Assembly (NCBI GenBank): GCA_017475605.1
Contig: JAFVFD010000002.1
Span: 60,001-92,000 of the forward strand
Source: Alphaproteobacteria bacterium
Lineage (GTDB): Bacteria; Pseudomonadota; Alphaproteobacteria; Rs-D84
Direction: 5' to 3'
Length of the DNA stretch: 32,000 nt
Shown here: one piece after another, positions 1-11,100 of the stretch
Layout: each line of letters starts with the position of its first letter
Position numbering within the stretch: position 1 is the first letter of the stretch
Position numbers and translations under genes: made by a program
Notes under the pieces: model-generated
Databases searched by the model: none
What the model was told of the DNA's origin: nothing
Seen by the model: only the letters and a program-made list of their open reading frames with translations

Positions 1-1740
1 CGTGTTAATATATTGTTCGCACTGTAATACCCGACACCGGCCGCTGAACAATCGGTGCCTGTTGTGGTTGCCAACCAATGACCCGCATCACAGGATGTTA
101 TTACAAAGTCTTTACATCTGTCGGAATAGGCCAGGGCTGTTTCGTTGTAATAACATGTTTGTGTACCGCGTCCATGTGTTGCAACATATGTTGGCAACAA
201 TTCTTTATAACATGCCGCACTGCTTTCCGAATTGGCAGGCGATTTACCATCGTCCGGACAGGGTTCAATACCTGCCTGGCCAGAATTTGTAACGACGGTT
301 ACACCAGGGCAATAGTTGTTTGCCGTACATGGTAAACAGTCTGTTGTCGGATTTTCGCCGGCACCGCGATAATATTTACCCACTGGACATGTAATAGGTG
401 CATCGGTCCATTGTGCAGAAACCGTAGCATTGGATGTTGTAAATGTCAGTGCGGCCGTTGTTGTTACAAATTTGCCGTCCGCATCAACAACAGATACATT
501 ATTCCCTGTGTATCCAGCGAATGTCAACACACCCTTGACCGGTTTTGTGGTCAGTGTGGTAATTGCCGTTGTGGCGGCTGCATTTGAATACCAGCCGGTC
601 GCATACTTCAAATACACCTTGGCCGGTGAACCAGCGGTTGTCGCACCATTGTGATTCAATGTGATTTCATACACATTCGGTGTCCACTGGGCAAACAATT
701 CAATATCAGATGCATCAGACGATATATTTGTCGTAACCGTAGTACCCGCGTTATAGCATGTGCCACCACCATTCGCCGCGGTGCACCATTTGTTCGCGGT
801 GCTGTACCCGGTGCGTGTATCCACAATCGCCGGTAATGCGCATGCGCCACTGTCGAATGTGCACTTTACACTTGGTGCGGTTGAACCCGTACCACCATTT
901 TTGTTAAGGGTAATGGTGTATTCGTGTGCATCGCATGTTGGTGCGGCGGTGTTGTTGTTTTTGACATCATAACCGGTCTTGCACACTACATTGTATGAAC
1001 AAGCATTATATGTTGTCGCGCTGTTACCATACACGATATTTTCCGCGGCGGATACAGTCTTGGAATTTGCGAAATCCGCAGGTGTTTTATCGCATTCGGT
1101 ATAGCATGCGGTGTAACTTGCCGCGAATTCTGTTGAACCCGCCCAGCCCGCCGGACATTCCGTTTGGGTTGTTGCACCATCACCACTGTAATAACCGCTT
1201 GTTGTGCCGGAACACGCGAACGAACCGGCGACCCTGTAAAAGTATCCCGCGTTACAGGTCAAAGCATCGGCATCCATACAGTTATTATAATCACCACTAA
1301 CTTCTGTGCCGTTGTAATAGCATGTGGCGAAACCTGTACCATTTGCCCAATTGTGATTTGGATAGCCGGTTGTTGCGGTATATGGATTATATGTTACATA
1401 ACAAGTCTCAATACCACGATATTTTTGACCTTCAACCAGGGCGGCCTTGCCCGGGGTGCCATCTTTGTCGGTCGGACAGTCGTGGAATCCATCTGTATCG
1501 CACCACATATCTTCTGGGCAAACATTGGAACTATAGATACATTTGTTATAAGCATTTGTCGTTGTGTTATAGGAAACATGTTGGCTTACCACATTAACGG
1601 TAGTTCCGTTCAGATTCTTGGTTGCTTTACATGTCAAATAACAATCTGTAATCGCTTTACCATTTGTCGCACTGCCAGTATTTGGTGTGTTGCTGACCAC
1701 ATCGCCAGATGTATCTGTACCCGCGGGGCACACATTTAAT
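1..1740 (-). repeat. Third (partial) copy of the ~2.3-kb cassette, located in paralog 2 and continuing beyond the window
   Basis: 586..722 is 137/137 identical to 9255..9391 (offset 8669). 723..~1040 matches 11696..~12013 more closely (offset 10973). Encoded blocks such as AHEYTITLNKNGGTGSTAPSVKCTFDSG and LLPTYVATHGRGTQTCYYNE are shared. Confidence 0.85.
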
Positions 1741-4700
1741 TTAGTAGATGTGGTATCTGTTATATTTGTTTCGTTCCAATTAGTCGGGGCAGGACTCCAA
1801 TTGCCATCGCCAACCGCAACACAGTCCAGATTTTCATTTGTACTTGTTGCGCCGTCTAATTCATCATAGTATCCAGCATCACACTTGCGCATTGTATAAC
1901 TGTTGCCGCAATTGATTGAATAGGTGTTGTTAACAGTGCTCCAATGGCAACGTTTTGTGCGACCACCATGAGTTGTCTTTTCCCAAATGCCTTCGCGGAC
2001 ACAACCTTCTATCGAGCCACTTTCATCACCATCTGTGGATATCGTATTACGGGAATCATCAACATCGTACACAGCTTCTGGACAGCGTGTGCGTGCGGTA
2101 AAGTTGGTCGCACTGTAATATTGATAACCAACCAAAGAACAGTCAGTTGTTGTTTTGGTTGTATCCAACCACCAACCACTGTTACATGTCAATATTTCAA
2201 TTGTATTACAGTCGGAATTATACTTGCCCGCACTGTAATGGCAAACCTGCTTACCCTTACCATGATCTGCGCTGTATTGTACTGTGGCAAAGCAGTCTGA
2301 TTCTTCGTCTCTGCCATTGTCAGAACCAACACTTGGGGCAACATTGGAAAGCGCGGTGCCGTTCCAGGTTTGTGCCGGGGTATATGTTGTCCCCGCAACC
2401 GCAGTTGGACAGGCGTTTATAAAGTGATTCTGGCCATCGCGGTCTTCGTCGCTGTATGCGACACCACCCGGACACCATGACCCATTCGGACAAGACTTAC
2501 ATGCGTTGTCTGCATCATCAAAATATTGTCCCGCATTACATGTCTTGGTCTTTTTAGCAACCCAACTTGCTGTCAGGGTTGTTGTAGTTGTGGTATCGGT
2601 ATAATTTACCAGTTTATTGGTCGCCACGATTTGACCGGTGCCATTTATCACAGCAACCTGGGTTCCGCCAATCGTTGCATCATAGCCAGAACAATTCTGT
2701 GAGCCCTTGGTTGGCAGCACGATGCTTGTTATCGCGTTTGTCGCGGCGGCATTTGAATACCAGCCTTTGCCATATTTCATATAGATTGGACCATCTGTAC
2801 CACCGGTACCACCATCTTTTGCTAATATGAATGTATAGATGTTTGGTTCACATGTTGTACCAGATGTATGATAGCCGGCAACGCATACTGGGTTTTGCCA
2901 GGTGCATGTTCCAAATGTACCACTTGTTGTAACGGTTTTGTTCGTTGGGTTGTATGCCGTTATGGTCCCGGCAAAACTGACCGTTTCCGCAACCGGCGCA
3001 CGTGTACCAATTACTTCGCCATTGTCGGTAACATTCACCGATGAACAAGAGTTATAACATGCTGTCGGCAAAGCACTCTTTTCGCCTTCTGTTGTGGAAT
3101 TGATGTGTCCAGGCAAAGCACTACATGGATAGCGCGCCATACTTACAGCGTCTTCTGTGTTATTTGTCGGGGCGGGGCTCCAATTGCCTTTACCCGCTGG
3201 TTCACAGGTAGAAGAATCTTCTGCAACGCGATAATAACCACCACTGCAGTATTTAATTTTTATAGATTCACAGTTCTTATACCCGGCACTTGAATCATCA
3301 ACATAATTGCAAACCTGGTCGCCACCACCGGTTCCATTGGCCAAGGCCACACCTGTTCTTGTCGTTTTACATGCGGTAACAGCAGAACTGCCCGCCGGTG
3401 ATGTTACGGCCCCGCCAGATGTGTCTGTTGGGCAAGTCTTATGGCACCCGTCATCTGCCTTGTCTTTGTCTTCGTAGTCAACCTGGCCACCTGGGCAATA
3501 GAAGCCAGCAGGGCATTCTGCGTCAGAACCAGTTAACCCAGCGGTACATGTGAACAAGTTTGTTGACCAACGGGCATACAACGTGTCAAATACACCCGCG
3601 GTTGATGCGGTGCCGCCTTCGGCTGTGTCGGCAATACCAATGGTTGTTGCTACCGACAGATTACCAGAGGCATCGATTACTTGAACCCCACCTGTTTTTT
3701 CAGATACGGTATAGTAGCCCATAAATGTGTGATTTTCCCATGTCGGCGGTGTAATCTTGGTTACCGTTGTGCCAAAGTTAGTCAAAGACCACCCAATTGA
3801 ATATTTTTCATATATGGTCTTGTTTGTGCCCGGCGCACCGTTAAGGTCAAGTGTTATTGTGTACACCTTGGGATCACATGTACCCGCTGTTGCGTTTTTA
3901 TCATAATTGCCCATGCAGGTATATGTCATGGCACAACTTGACGGCATCGCGGTACATCCGCATAACACACCGTCTATATTATTACAAGTGCCATCGCAAT
4001 AATAGTCTGCACCACTTGTTTTTGCGTTTTCATTTTGGGTGCATGTCTTATTGTTGGCTGGGCATACTTGCGGTGTACAATACAAAGAGCATGTTGTATA
4101 GCATGTTCCACACGCACCACCTGTGTTGCCAAGTATCGACTGATTGTAGCCGGTTGTACTACAAGATTCGCATGTTCTTGTTTCTGTATTTTCGAAATAT
4201 CTGTTCTTACACCAAACTTGTTTAAGTTGGCATGCAGTATTGTTTACATTAGTACATGCAGAACTTCCATAATCTGAAATACCAGCAACCTTGTTTTCTG
4301 TATCATAAGAACAATTTGTTGAGTTTGTTGGGCATGTGCTTGGTTCAACACAAGTTGCGGTGTTACATGTTTTATAGCAGCCCGCAGATGTTGTCGATGC
4401 CGCATCAGACTTGGTATATTCCGATCCCAATGTTGTACAGGCAACAAAGCATCCCGCGCTACCTTCAATAGCAGTTCCGGTGCCCGGACAGTATTTACCG
4501 TCGGTTGGGCAATCTACGTGTTGTTCGCCATCGTAGTATTTACCAGCCTGACATTGAACGGTATTTTGAGACCAATGTGCATATAGTGTTGTATTGGTGG
4601 TCTTATCCCAAAGACGCAAAGAAACACCACTTGCGGAATAATATTGTGTTCCGCCTGTTTGTGCATCAAAATACCCGGCAAAAGACCATGTGGCGCGTGT

Positions 4701-6755
4701 CGGCAATTCAGAAGCAGACAAGGCCGGCAGATGCGCATCGTATGTCGCCGTAACTGATGATTTACAGCCCGTTCCACACGTGCCTTCATTTGCGTTCAGT
4801 GTAACTTGATATTCTAATGGTTCGCAATATGTGCCATCATCACTTACTTTATATCCTTCTGTACAAGAGAATGGTTCGTCATCGCCCGGACAGGTGGCAT
4901 GTGGAACGCATGCGTTACAACCGTTGCCGGACAGATAATAATTTTCAGCACACGCAGTTGCCGCGCAATTGTTTTCCCCATTTTTATGATAAATGCCAGA
5001 TACCGTCTTTGAACCCGCAACATCGGATACCTTACATTCACGATAACAATAATTCGAATCGGTTGTTCCCTGGACTGAATAAGGGAATGTCGAATTAGAT
5101 GCCGAACATAATGTACAATTTGTCGCGGTCGTAGATGCAAAGTAATTAGCGGCAGCCACAACCGGCGCAACAACCGTTTTGTTACATGTGTTTGTGTTTG
5201 TTTCACAGCCGCTCTTTATGGTGCCATCGGCGGTACCTGTCGCGTTCGAATATGCGACATAATCGCATGTCGCCGGTGTACAATCTTGGAATGTGGCAGA
5301 AACGCAACCGTTTGGTAATGTTTCAATATGTGCGCCACTTGATGTACGCTGTTTGGTCTCGCTGAAACATTGGGTGATGGCGGTCGATGTCGTGCTTTCT
5401 GTGTGTGGGTATGCCGTAGGGCATGTTTCGCATGCCGCATTCGCCTTGGCGGATGATGCCTTGTACTTGTTGTATCCGCATGCAGTCCACACCGCATAAA
5501 CCGTTTTGTCAGTTGTTATTGTTATTGTATACGAACCAGTCGTCGCAGATGCAGATGTTGCCCAGCCACCAAATACATAGCCCGCACGATAGAACGAGTT
5601 TGTATCACCACTGGCCAGTGTACATTCAACCCCGGATGCACATTGTTTGTTTGCTGGTTTTGTCCCATCACCACCATTCAGGTTATATGTTACAGTGAAC
5701 GTATCTTGGGAATAATTGCCGGTAAATGTAACTGTGCCGGAATACACCCCAAGGTTTTCATAGGTACACGCAATACCGGTTTGTCCACTGCCGAATGATT
5801 TAGTAACCAAAGTACTTGGAACCCATGATCCAAATGACCAATTGTCAACAGTTGGTGCGGTTGCCGCATTAAATGTTTCGCCATATGTACATGACGCAGG
5901 GGTTGTTGGTGCAGTACCTTTTGTTGGTGCCCAAACAAAGTTAATCGTGTTTGGTGTCGCGGTACATGTATATGATGTCGCACCTGCGGTTGAATTGGTT
6001 TGTGTGGTATTTGTGGTATAGCCTTGGTCGGCTTCTACACTATACACACACTTGTTGTCGTTTGAAGTTGTGGATGCGGTACAGGTCTTTACCCCCGTAC
6101 CCTTGGTGGCAAGACACGCACTACATGCATACGGTGCAGACCCTGTGCGAACATATTTTGAACTACATGTTTTAATCGTACAAAGGTTAGTTATAATATT
6201 GTTGTTCCAGGCCGTTGTTTCCCAGTTTGCGACATTAGACGCATTGGCGCAGTTTGCATCGCAACTGGTCTTGCCGGTACCACTGGTGGTTTTGCCTGCG
6301 GCACACGCGGTACAGGATGTGTTGCCGGTACCGGTATTGTATGAACCTGTGGCACACGCAATACACGCACTTTCGGCACTGCTGCCGGTGCTGGCATTGT
6401 ATGTTCCGGCGGAACATGCTGTGCGACCACCAACATCATCATAATGTACAGTAACTCCGCCCGGACAATATCCGCCGGCGGTACAGGTCGTTTCGCCCGC
6501 ACCAGCGGTTGCTACATACTTACCGGCCGTTGTTGTTAAATAACAGTTGTTTATGCCACCTGTGGTATTATCAGATGCACTGTTTGGATAGTTTGTTGGG
6601 CATTTTGCGCACTGACTGGACCCATCAAGGTAATAACCGGCATTACAGCTGATGTATGTTTTTTCGCATGAATAGCCCTCGGCAAAAGAATTCGCCGAAA
6701 ATGCGAACAGAAACAAACCAACGAAAAACCCGAGAAAACAGCGCTTTCTTCCCAT
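1..6755 (-). CDS. Giant secreted cysteine-rich repeat protein, paralog 2. This is the 5' part only: the ORF runs off the window at position 1, with at least 2251 codons in the window.
   Basis: ATG at 6755-6753 follows a GAGAGGAAG RBS. My hand translation of this minus frame (coordinate mod 3 = 2) met no stop down to position 3. The ORF track has no minus-strand entry in that frame anywhere in 1..6755, as expected if the tracker needs a stop codon. The N-terminus MGRKRCFLGFFVGLFLFAFSANSFA-EGYSCEKTY is nearly identical to that of the 4430-aa neighbour. Region 1..1740 is near-identical to repeats inside the neighbour. Confidence 0.85.
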   Translation of the reverse strand, partial: MGRKRCFLGFFVGLFLFAFSANSFAEGYSCEKTYISCNAGYYLDGSSQCAKCPTNYPNSASDNTTGGINNCYLTTTAGKYVATAGAGETTCTAGGYCPGGVTVHYDDVGGRTACSAGTYNASTGSSAESACIACATGSYNTGTGNTSCTACAAGKTTSGTGKTSCDANCANASNVANWETTAWNNNIITNLCTIKTCSSKYVRTGSAPYACSACLATKGTGVKTCTASTTSNDNKCVYSVEADQGYTTNTTQTNSTAGATSYTCTATPNTINFVWAPTKGTAPTTPASCTYGETFNAATAPTVDNWSFGSWVPSTLVTKSFGSGQTGIACTYENLGVYSGTVTFTGNYSQDTFTVTYNLNGGDGTKPANKQCASGVECTLASGDTNSFYRAGYVFGGWATSASATTGSYTITITTDKTVYAVWTACGYNKYKASSAKANAACETCPTAYPHTESTTSTAITQCFSETKQRTSSGAHIETLPNGCVSATFQDCTPATCDYVAYSNATGTADGTIKSGCETNTNTCNKTVVAPVVAAANYFASTTATNCTLCSASNSTFPYSVQGTTDSNYCYRECKVSDVAGSKTVSGIYHKNGENNCAATACAENYYLSGNGCNACVPHATCPGDDEPFSCTEGYKVSDDGTYCEPLEYQVTLNANEGTCGTGCKSSVTATYDAHLPALSASELPTRATWSFAGYFDAQTGGTQYYSASGVSLRLWDKTTNTTLYAHWSQNTVQCQAGKYYDGEQHVDCPTDGKYCPGTGTAIEGSAGCFVACTTLGSEYTKSDAASTTSAGCYKTCNTATCVEPSTCPTNSTNCSYDTENKVAGISDYGSSACTNVNNTACQLKQVWCKNRYFENTETRTCESCSTTGYNQSILGNTGGACGTCYTTCSLYCTPQVCPANNKTCTQNENAKTSGADYYCDGTCNNIDGVLCGCTAMPSSCAMTYTCMGNYDKNATAGTCDPKVYTITLDLNGAPGTNKTIYEKYSIGWSLTNFGTTVTKITPPTWENHTFMGYYTVSEKTGGVQVIDASGNLSVATTIGIADTAEGGTASTAGVFDTLYARWSTNLFTCTAGLTGSDAECPAGFYCPGGQVDYEDKDKADDGCHKTCPTDTSGGAVTSPAGSSAVTACKTTRTGVALANGTGGGDQVCNYVDDSSAGYKNCESIKIKYCSGGYYRVAEDSSTCEPAGKGNWSPAPTNNTEDAVSMARYPCSALPGHINSTTEGEKSALPTACYNSCSSVNVTDNGEVIGTRAPVAETVSFAGTITAYNPTNKTVTTSGTFGTCTWQNPVCVAGYHTSGTTCEPNIYTFILAKDGGTGGTDGPIYMKYGKGWYSNAAATNAITSIVLPTKGSQNCSGYDATIGGTQVAVINGTGQIVATNKLVNYTDTTTTTTLTASWVAKKTKTCNAGQYFDDADNACKSCPNGSWCPGGVAYSDEDRDGQNHFINACPTAVAGTTYTPAQTWNGTALSNVAPSVGSDNGRDEESDCFATVQYSADHGKGKQVCHYSAGKYNSDCNTIEILTCNSGWWLDTTKTTTDCSLVGYQYYSATNFTARTRCPEAVYDVDDSRNTISTDGDESGSIEGCVREGIWEKTTHGGRTKRCHWSTVNNTYSINCGNSYTMRKCDAGYYDELDGATSTNENLDCVAVGDGNWSPAPTNWNETNITDTTSTKLNVCPAGTDTSGDVVSNTPNTGSATNGKAITDCYLTCKATKNLNGTTVNVVSQHVSYNTTTNAYNKCIYSSNVCPEDMWCDTDGFHDCPTDKDGTPGKAALVEGQKYRGIETCYVTYNPYTATTGYPNHNWANGTGFATCYYNGTEVSGDYNNCMDADALTCNAGYFYRVAGSFACSGTTSGYYSGDGATTQTECPAGWAGSTEFAASYTACYTECDKTPADFANSKTVSAAENIVYGNSATTYNACSYNVVCKTGYDVKNNNTAAPTCDAHEYTITLNKNGGTGSTAPSVKCTFDSGACALPAIVDTRTGYSTANKWCTAANGGGTCYNAGTTVTTNISSDASDIELFAQWTPNVYEITLNHNGATTAGSPAKVYLKYATGWYSNAAATTAITTLTTKPVKGVLTFAGYTGNNVSVVDADGKFVTTTAALTFTTSNATVSAQWTDAPITCPVGKYYRGAGENPTTDCLPCTANNYCPGVTVVTNSGQAGIEPCPDDGKSPANSESSAACYKELLPTYVATHGRGTQTCYYNETALAYSDRCKDFVITSCDAGHWLATTTGTDCSAAGVGYYSANNILT
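6681..6755 (-). other. Sec (SPase I type) signal peptide coding region of paralog 2
   Basis: MGRKRCFLGFFVGLFLFAFSANSFA has a basic n-region (KRK-like), a hydrophobic core and an A-x-A-like SFA cleavage motif. There is no lipobox Cys. Confidence 0.75.
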
Positions 6756-6777
6756 AACTTCCTCTCTTTTATATTTC

Positions 6778-6807
6778 ATGGTAGAAAAAATATATGGGGT
6801 AGTGCAA
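6778..6807 (-). promoter_or_regulatory. Putative sigma70-like promoter of paralog 2 (TTGCAC, 18 nt spacer, TACCAT), inside an upstream block duplicated before both giant genes
   Basis: Minus-strand reading: ttcTTGCACtaccccatatattttttcTACCATgaaatataaaagagaggaagttATG. The same hexamers and spacing occur upstream of the other giant gene. The hexamers are only moderate matches to consensus. Confidence 0.3.
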
Positions 6808-6842
6808 GAATAAAATTAACAAAATATAAAGATTAACAATAC

Positions 6843-6863
6843 TCCCCGCGGTAAAGGCGGGGA
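6843..6863 (-). terminator. Possible intrinsic terminator hairpin between the two giant genes
   Basis: tccccgc / ggtaaag loop / gcgggga is a 7-bp GC-rich stem that ends 9 nt downstream of the 6872 stop. On the minus strand it is followed by T-rich sequence (gtattgttaatctttatatttt) but not a clean T-run. Confidence 0.4.
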
Positions 6864-6871
6864 ATATTTTA

Positions 6872-8100
6872 TTACCACGATATATATCCTGGATTACATG
6901 TCCGTTCACACTTTTTGGTGGCATTGTTCCACCGCAGCGAACCTGTTTCGTCTGAATATGGTTTGGCACAAATTGGGACACATTCATTATTTTCCAAATT
7001 GTACTTTTCGCCTTGATACAGACATGATGCTATTTCGCAACCGGTGCTGTAACTGGCCGCGGCAACTTCGCCCAGAACACTGAACTTGTTGCGGCATGCG
7101 CTGCACTGTTCGGATGCGTTGTTCTTTTCATACGGGTCGTTCGTATAGCCCGGCACGCACGATGTCGCGACGCATTCGTTCCATGAATTTGTTGTGGCAT
7201 TCCATGTCTTTGTACCAACACCATGTTCAATGTCGCATGCTTGTTCGTTTTCAACACATGCGTTTGACGCCAGGTGGAACCCATCTTCACACGATTTTAT
7301 CGTACAGATGCCGAATGCGCCATGGGTCGCATCCCATTTCTGAGTCGCCGCGGTTGCGTGTGGTGCGGCGCAGCCTTTGACATCTTGTTCACAAGTGTTG
7401 TTGTATGGGTGATATCCGATTGTACAACTTTCAATCACGCAATTTCCGTCTGATTTATAGGACAGGGCATTTTCACGATTACATGGCTTACACGACCCAT
7501 TAATCATTTCATAATGGCTGTTACATGATGTTTCAACGCAACGTCCGTCAACAACTTCCGCTGGGTTACCGGTTGCAGATGCACCAGTGTACTGACAATT
7601 GTTCGGCCAATAAGCAGTATTTTCAACCGGTGTTAATGTACATGTGTCTTCAATATATTCTGTACACATACGGTAACAATCGCTTGCCTTATTAGCACCT
7701 GGGGCTGAATACATCCAACTGCCATCACCCAGGTCCGCGCAAGATTTTGCGCCGTTGCCACCATCGCCACCCGGTGTTCCATCACAGAAACTGCCCGCGG
7801 GACAGGTTACACATTGACCGTTGGATAAACTGTAACCCGGTGCGCACGATGCAATTTGGCATGTGTCCGCGGCGGTATAGAAATCGCGTCCAGACATGGT
7901 GTTTGCGTTTTCGCCCATTGTACAGTCGCGATAGCAATATGCGGCATCAGTTGTTCCGGCATCTGATTTTGTAAATTGTCCACCGGTTAGACTATCACAC
8001 GTTGCCACCTCTAATCCTGGTTCACATACACTGTTTTCTGGGCAAATAAAGCATGCGCGTTCATTTTCACTGGTTTGTGTGCGTGTTGTAGAACCCGCCG
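6872..8100 (-). other. C-terminal EGF-like / VSP-like cysteine-rich region of the 4430-aa protein
   Basis: Repeated pattern C-x2-G-[YF]-x-[LMP]-x2-[NG]-x-C-[VKE]-x-C, for example CAPGYSLSNGQCVTCPAGSFC, CNSHYEMINGSCKPC, CEDGFHLASNACVENEQAC and CVPGYTNDP. The protein ends ...CERTCNPGYISW. Confidence 0.6.
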
Positions 8101-11100
8101 GACACGCATACCGCGCCAAATCGCGATCTGGACTGTAATACGCATAGTCCGCCACAGAACATTCTGTATCTGTTCCGTTCGCCAACCAATAACCGCCGTT
8201 ACAATATGTCATTGTCGGAACACCGCAACCGGCCAGATAGGCATTATCCGCAACACTCCACTTACATGTGCGTTCACCACCACCATGTTCCGCAACATAC
8301 GGCTGACCGTTCTTCCAGCATTCAGATATCGTACTTGTGTTATTGTATGATGTCTTACCTTCGTTCGGACACGCATGACGTTCAAGTTCGTCTTCAATGC
8401 TGTAATAGTTGAAGTCTACGACAGTACACGCGATATCTGTTTGTGCCGCTAAATAATACCCACCACGACACTTCGTAATAACCTTGTCAAAGCATTCGTG
8501 TTTATAGACGGCATCGTTTCCGGTACCACTTGAATACCAGCAACTTTGTGTCCCGGTACCCGAAGAATCTGTTGCGGTATAATCAAGGTTTGTCTTAAAG
8601 CATTCGTCAACGGTTTCCGCGGTTGTGTTATCAGACTTTGTTGTACCGCCATTCGGGCACGCATCACGTGTTAATATGTTATTCGCGCTGTAATACCCGA
8701 CACCGGCCTCCGAACAATCGGTGTCTGTTGTGGTTGCCAACCAATGACCCGCATCACAGGATGTTATTACAAAGTCTTTACATCTGTCGGAATAGGTCAG
8801 GGCATTTTCATTGTAATAGCATGTTTGTGTACCACGACCATGTGTCGCAACATATGTTGGCAACAATTCTTGGAAACACATTGTCGCACTTGCGGTACCA
8901 ACCAAAGACTTACCGTTGTCTGGGCATTCATCGATACCTGCCTGACCAGAGTTAGTCATTACGGTTACACCAGAACAATAGTTGTTTTCCGTACATGGCA
9001 GGCAGTCCGTTTCGGGCATTTCACCGGTGCCACGATAATATTTACCCGCCGGACATGTAATAGGCGCATCGGACCATTGTGCCGTCAATGTGGCATCGGC
9101 CGTCGTAAATGTTAATATCGCGGATGTTGTGGCGAATTTACCATCAGAATCGATTACAAAAACATTGCTTGTATTCTTGTATCCGTCAAATTTTAATACA
9201 CCCTTGACCGGTTTTGTGGCAAGTGCTGTAATTGCCGTTGTGGCGGCTGCATTAGAATACCAGCCGGTCGCATACTTCAAATACACCTTGGCCGGTGAAC
9301 CAGCGGTTGTCGCACCATTGTGATTCAATGTGATTTCATACACATTCGGTGTCCACTGGGCAAACAATTCAATATCAGATGCATCAGACGAAATATTCGT
9401 CGTAACCGTAGTACCCGCGTTATAACATGTACCACCACCATTCGCCGCGGTGCACCATTTGTTCGCGGTGCTGTACCCGGTGCGTGTATCAACAATCGCA
9501 GGTAATGCGCATGCGCCACTGTCGAATGTACATTTTACACTTGATGCGGTTGAACCCGTACCACCATTTTTGTTAAGGGTAATGGTGTATTCATGTGCAT
9601 CGCATGTTGGTGCGGCGGTGTTGTTGTTTTTGACATCATAACCGGTCTTGCACACAACATTGTACGAACATGCGTTATATGTTGTTGCACTGTTACCATA
9701 TACGATGTTTTCTGCGGCGGATACAGTCTTGGAATTCGCGAAATCCGCGGTTGTTTTGTCGCATTCGGTATAGCATGCGGTGTAACTGCCGGCGTTAGCC
9801 GTTGAACCAGCGCAACCGGCCGGACAGGCAATTTGATAAGTAGAAGAGCCTGCCTGCGCGACGGTCGGTTTGGTTTCGCCCGCAAAATAGGATTGTTCAG
9901 GGCTGTAATAACAAGTATCAACAGACGAACATTCCATGCCGGTCTTGTAGTAATAACCAGCATCGCACGTCAATGCGCCCATATCTGTATAATTAGAGTA
10001 TGTATTGGTTGATTTTTTATAGAATGCCTTTACCCAACCTGTACCCTTGGTCCACAAATTGTTATCTATAGATTTGAACGGATTGTACAGAATGTAACAT
10101 GTATCAATATCGCGATACTTCATGTTGTCAACCAAGACAGCCTTGCCGGTTGTGCCATATTCGTCGACTGGACAATCATGGAATCCATTTGTGTCGCACC
10201 ACATATCTTCTGGGCATGTATCTGAATCATACATACATGTGTTATATGCGGACTTGCTAGTGTTGTAAGAAACATATTCATTAACAACTTCGGCTATTGT
10301 TCCATTAAGATTCTTGGTTGGGTTACATTTCAACCGACAGTCTGTGATAAATTCTGCTGTTTCCGTTGGTGTACCGGGGTTAGTGCTTGTTACATCTGTC
10401 GCGCCTGTGCCGGCTGGACATGCGTAACGAACAAGTGCAGCATCTGGACTGTAATATGCATTACCCGCCACAGAACATTCTATATCGGTCGCATTTGCCA
10501 ACCAATAACCAGCATCGCAGTATAACATGGTTGGTGTTCCGCACCCGGCCAGGTACGCATTATCTGCAACACTCCATTTGCATGTGCGTTCGCCACCACC
10601 ATGTTCCGCAACATATGGTTGACCGTTCTTCCAGCACTCTGATATTGTACTGGTGTTGTCGTACGTGGTTTTACCTTCGTTCGGACACACGTGGCGTTCC
10701 AGTTCGTCTTCCGCACTGTAATAATTATAGTCGGCCACAGAACAAGTCTTGTCGGAAGCATTTTTCAAATAATATCCGCCACGACATTTTGTAATGACTT
10801 CATCAAAGCAATTGCGTCCATAAACCGCATTATTCCCGGTACCACTTGAATACCAGCAACTTTGTGTCCCAGTACCCGACCCATTAGATGCCGCGTAATC
10901 CAGATTTATCTTGAAACATTCCTGGACTGTTTCCGCGGTTGTATTATCAGACTTTGTTGTACCGCCATTCGGGCACGCATCACGTGTTAATATATTGTTC
11001 GCACTGTAATACCCGACACCCACCGCCGAACAATCTGTATCGTTTGTATTTTTCAGATAATAACCTGCATCGCAAGATGTCATAACAAAATCTTTACAGT

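Larger units (their letters stand above)
6190..6826 (-). repeat. Duplicated 5' cassette, copy in paralog 2: upstream promoter-like block, RBS, signal peptide and the first ~190 codons
   Basis: Aligns with 19600..20235 at offset 13409. Example: aacttcctctcttttatat.t.atggtagaaaaaa and the whole signal-peptide coding sequence differ by only a few bases. Confidence 0.8.

Noticed and set aside
6769-6987. A 72-aa minus-strand ORF spanning the 3' end of the big gene and the intergenic region
   Set aside because: It runs through the stop, the terminator hairpin and the promoter-like block of paralog 2 in a different frame. It has no support.
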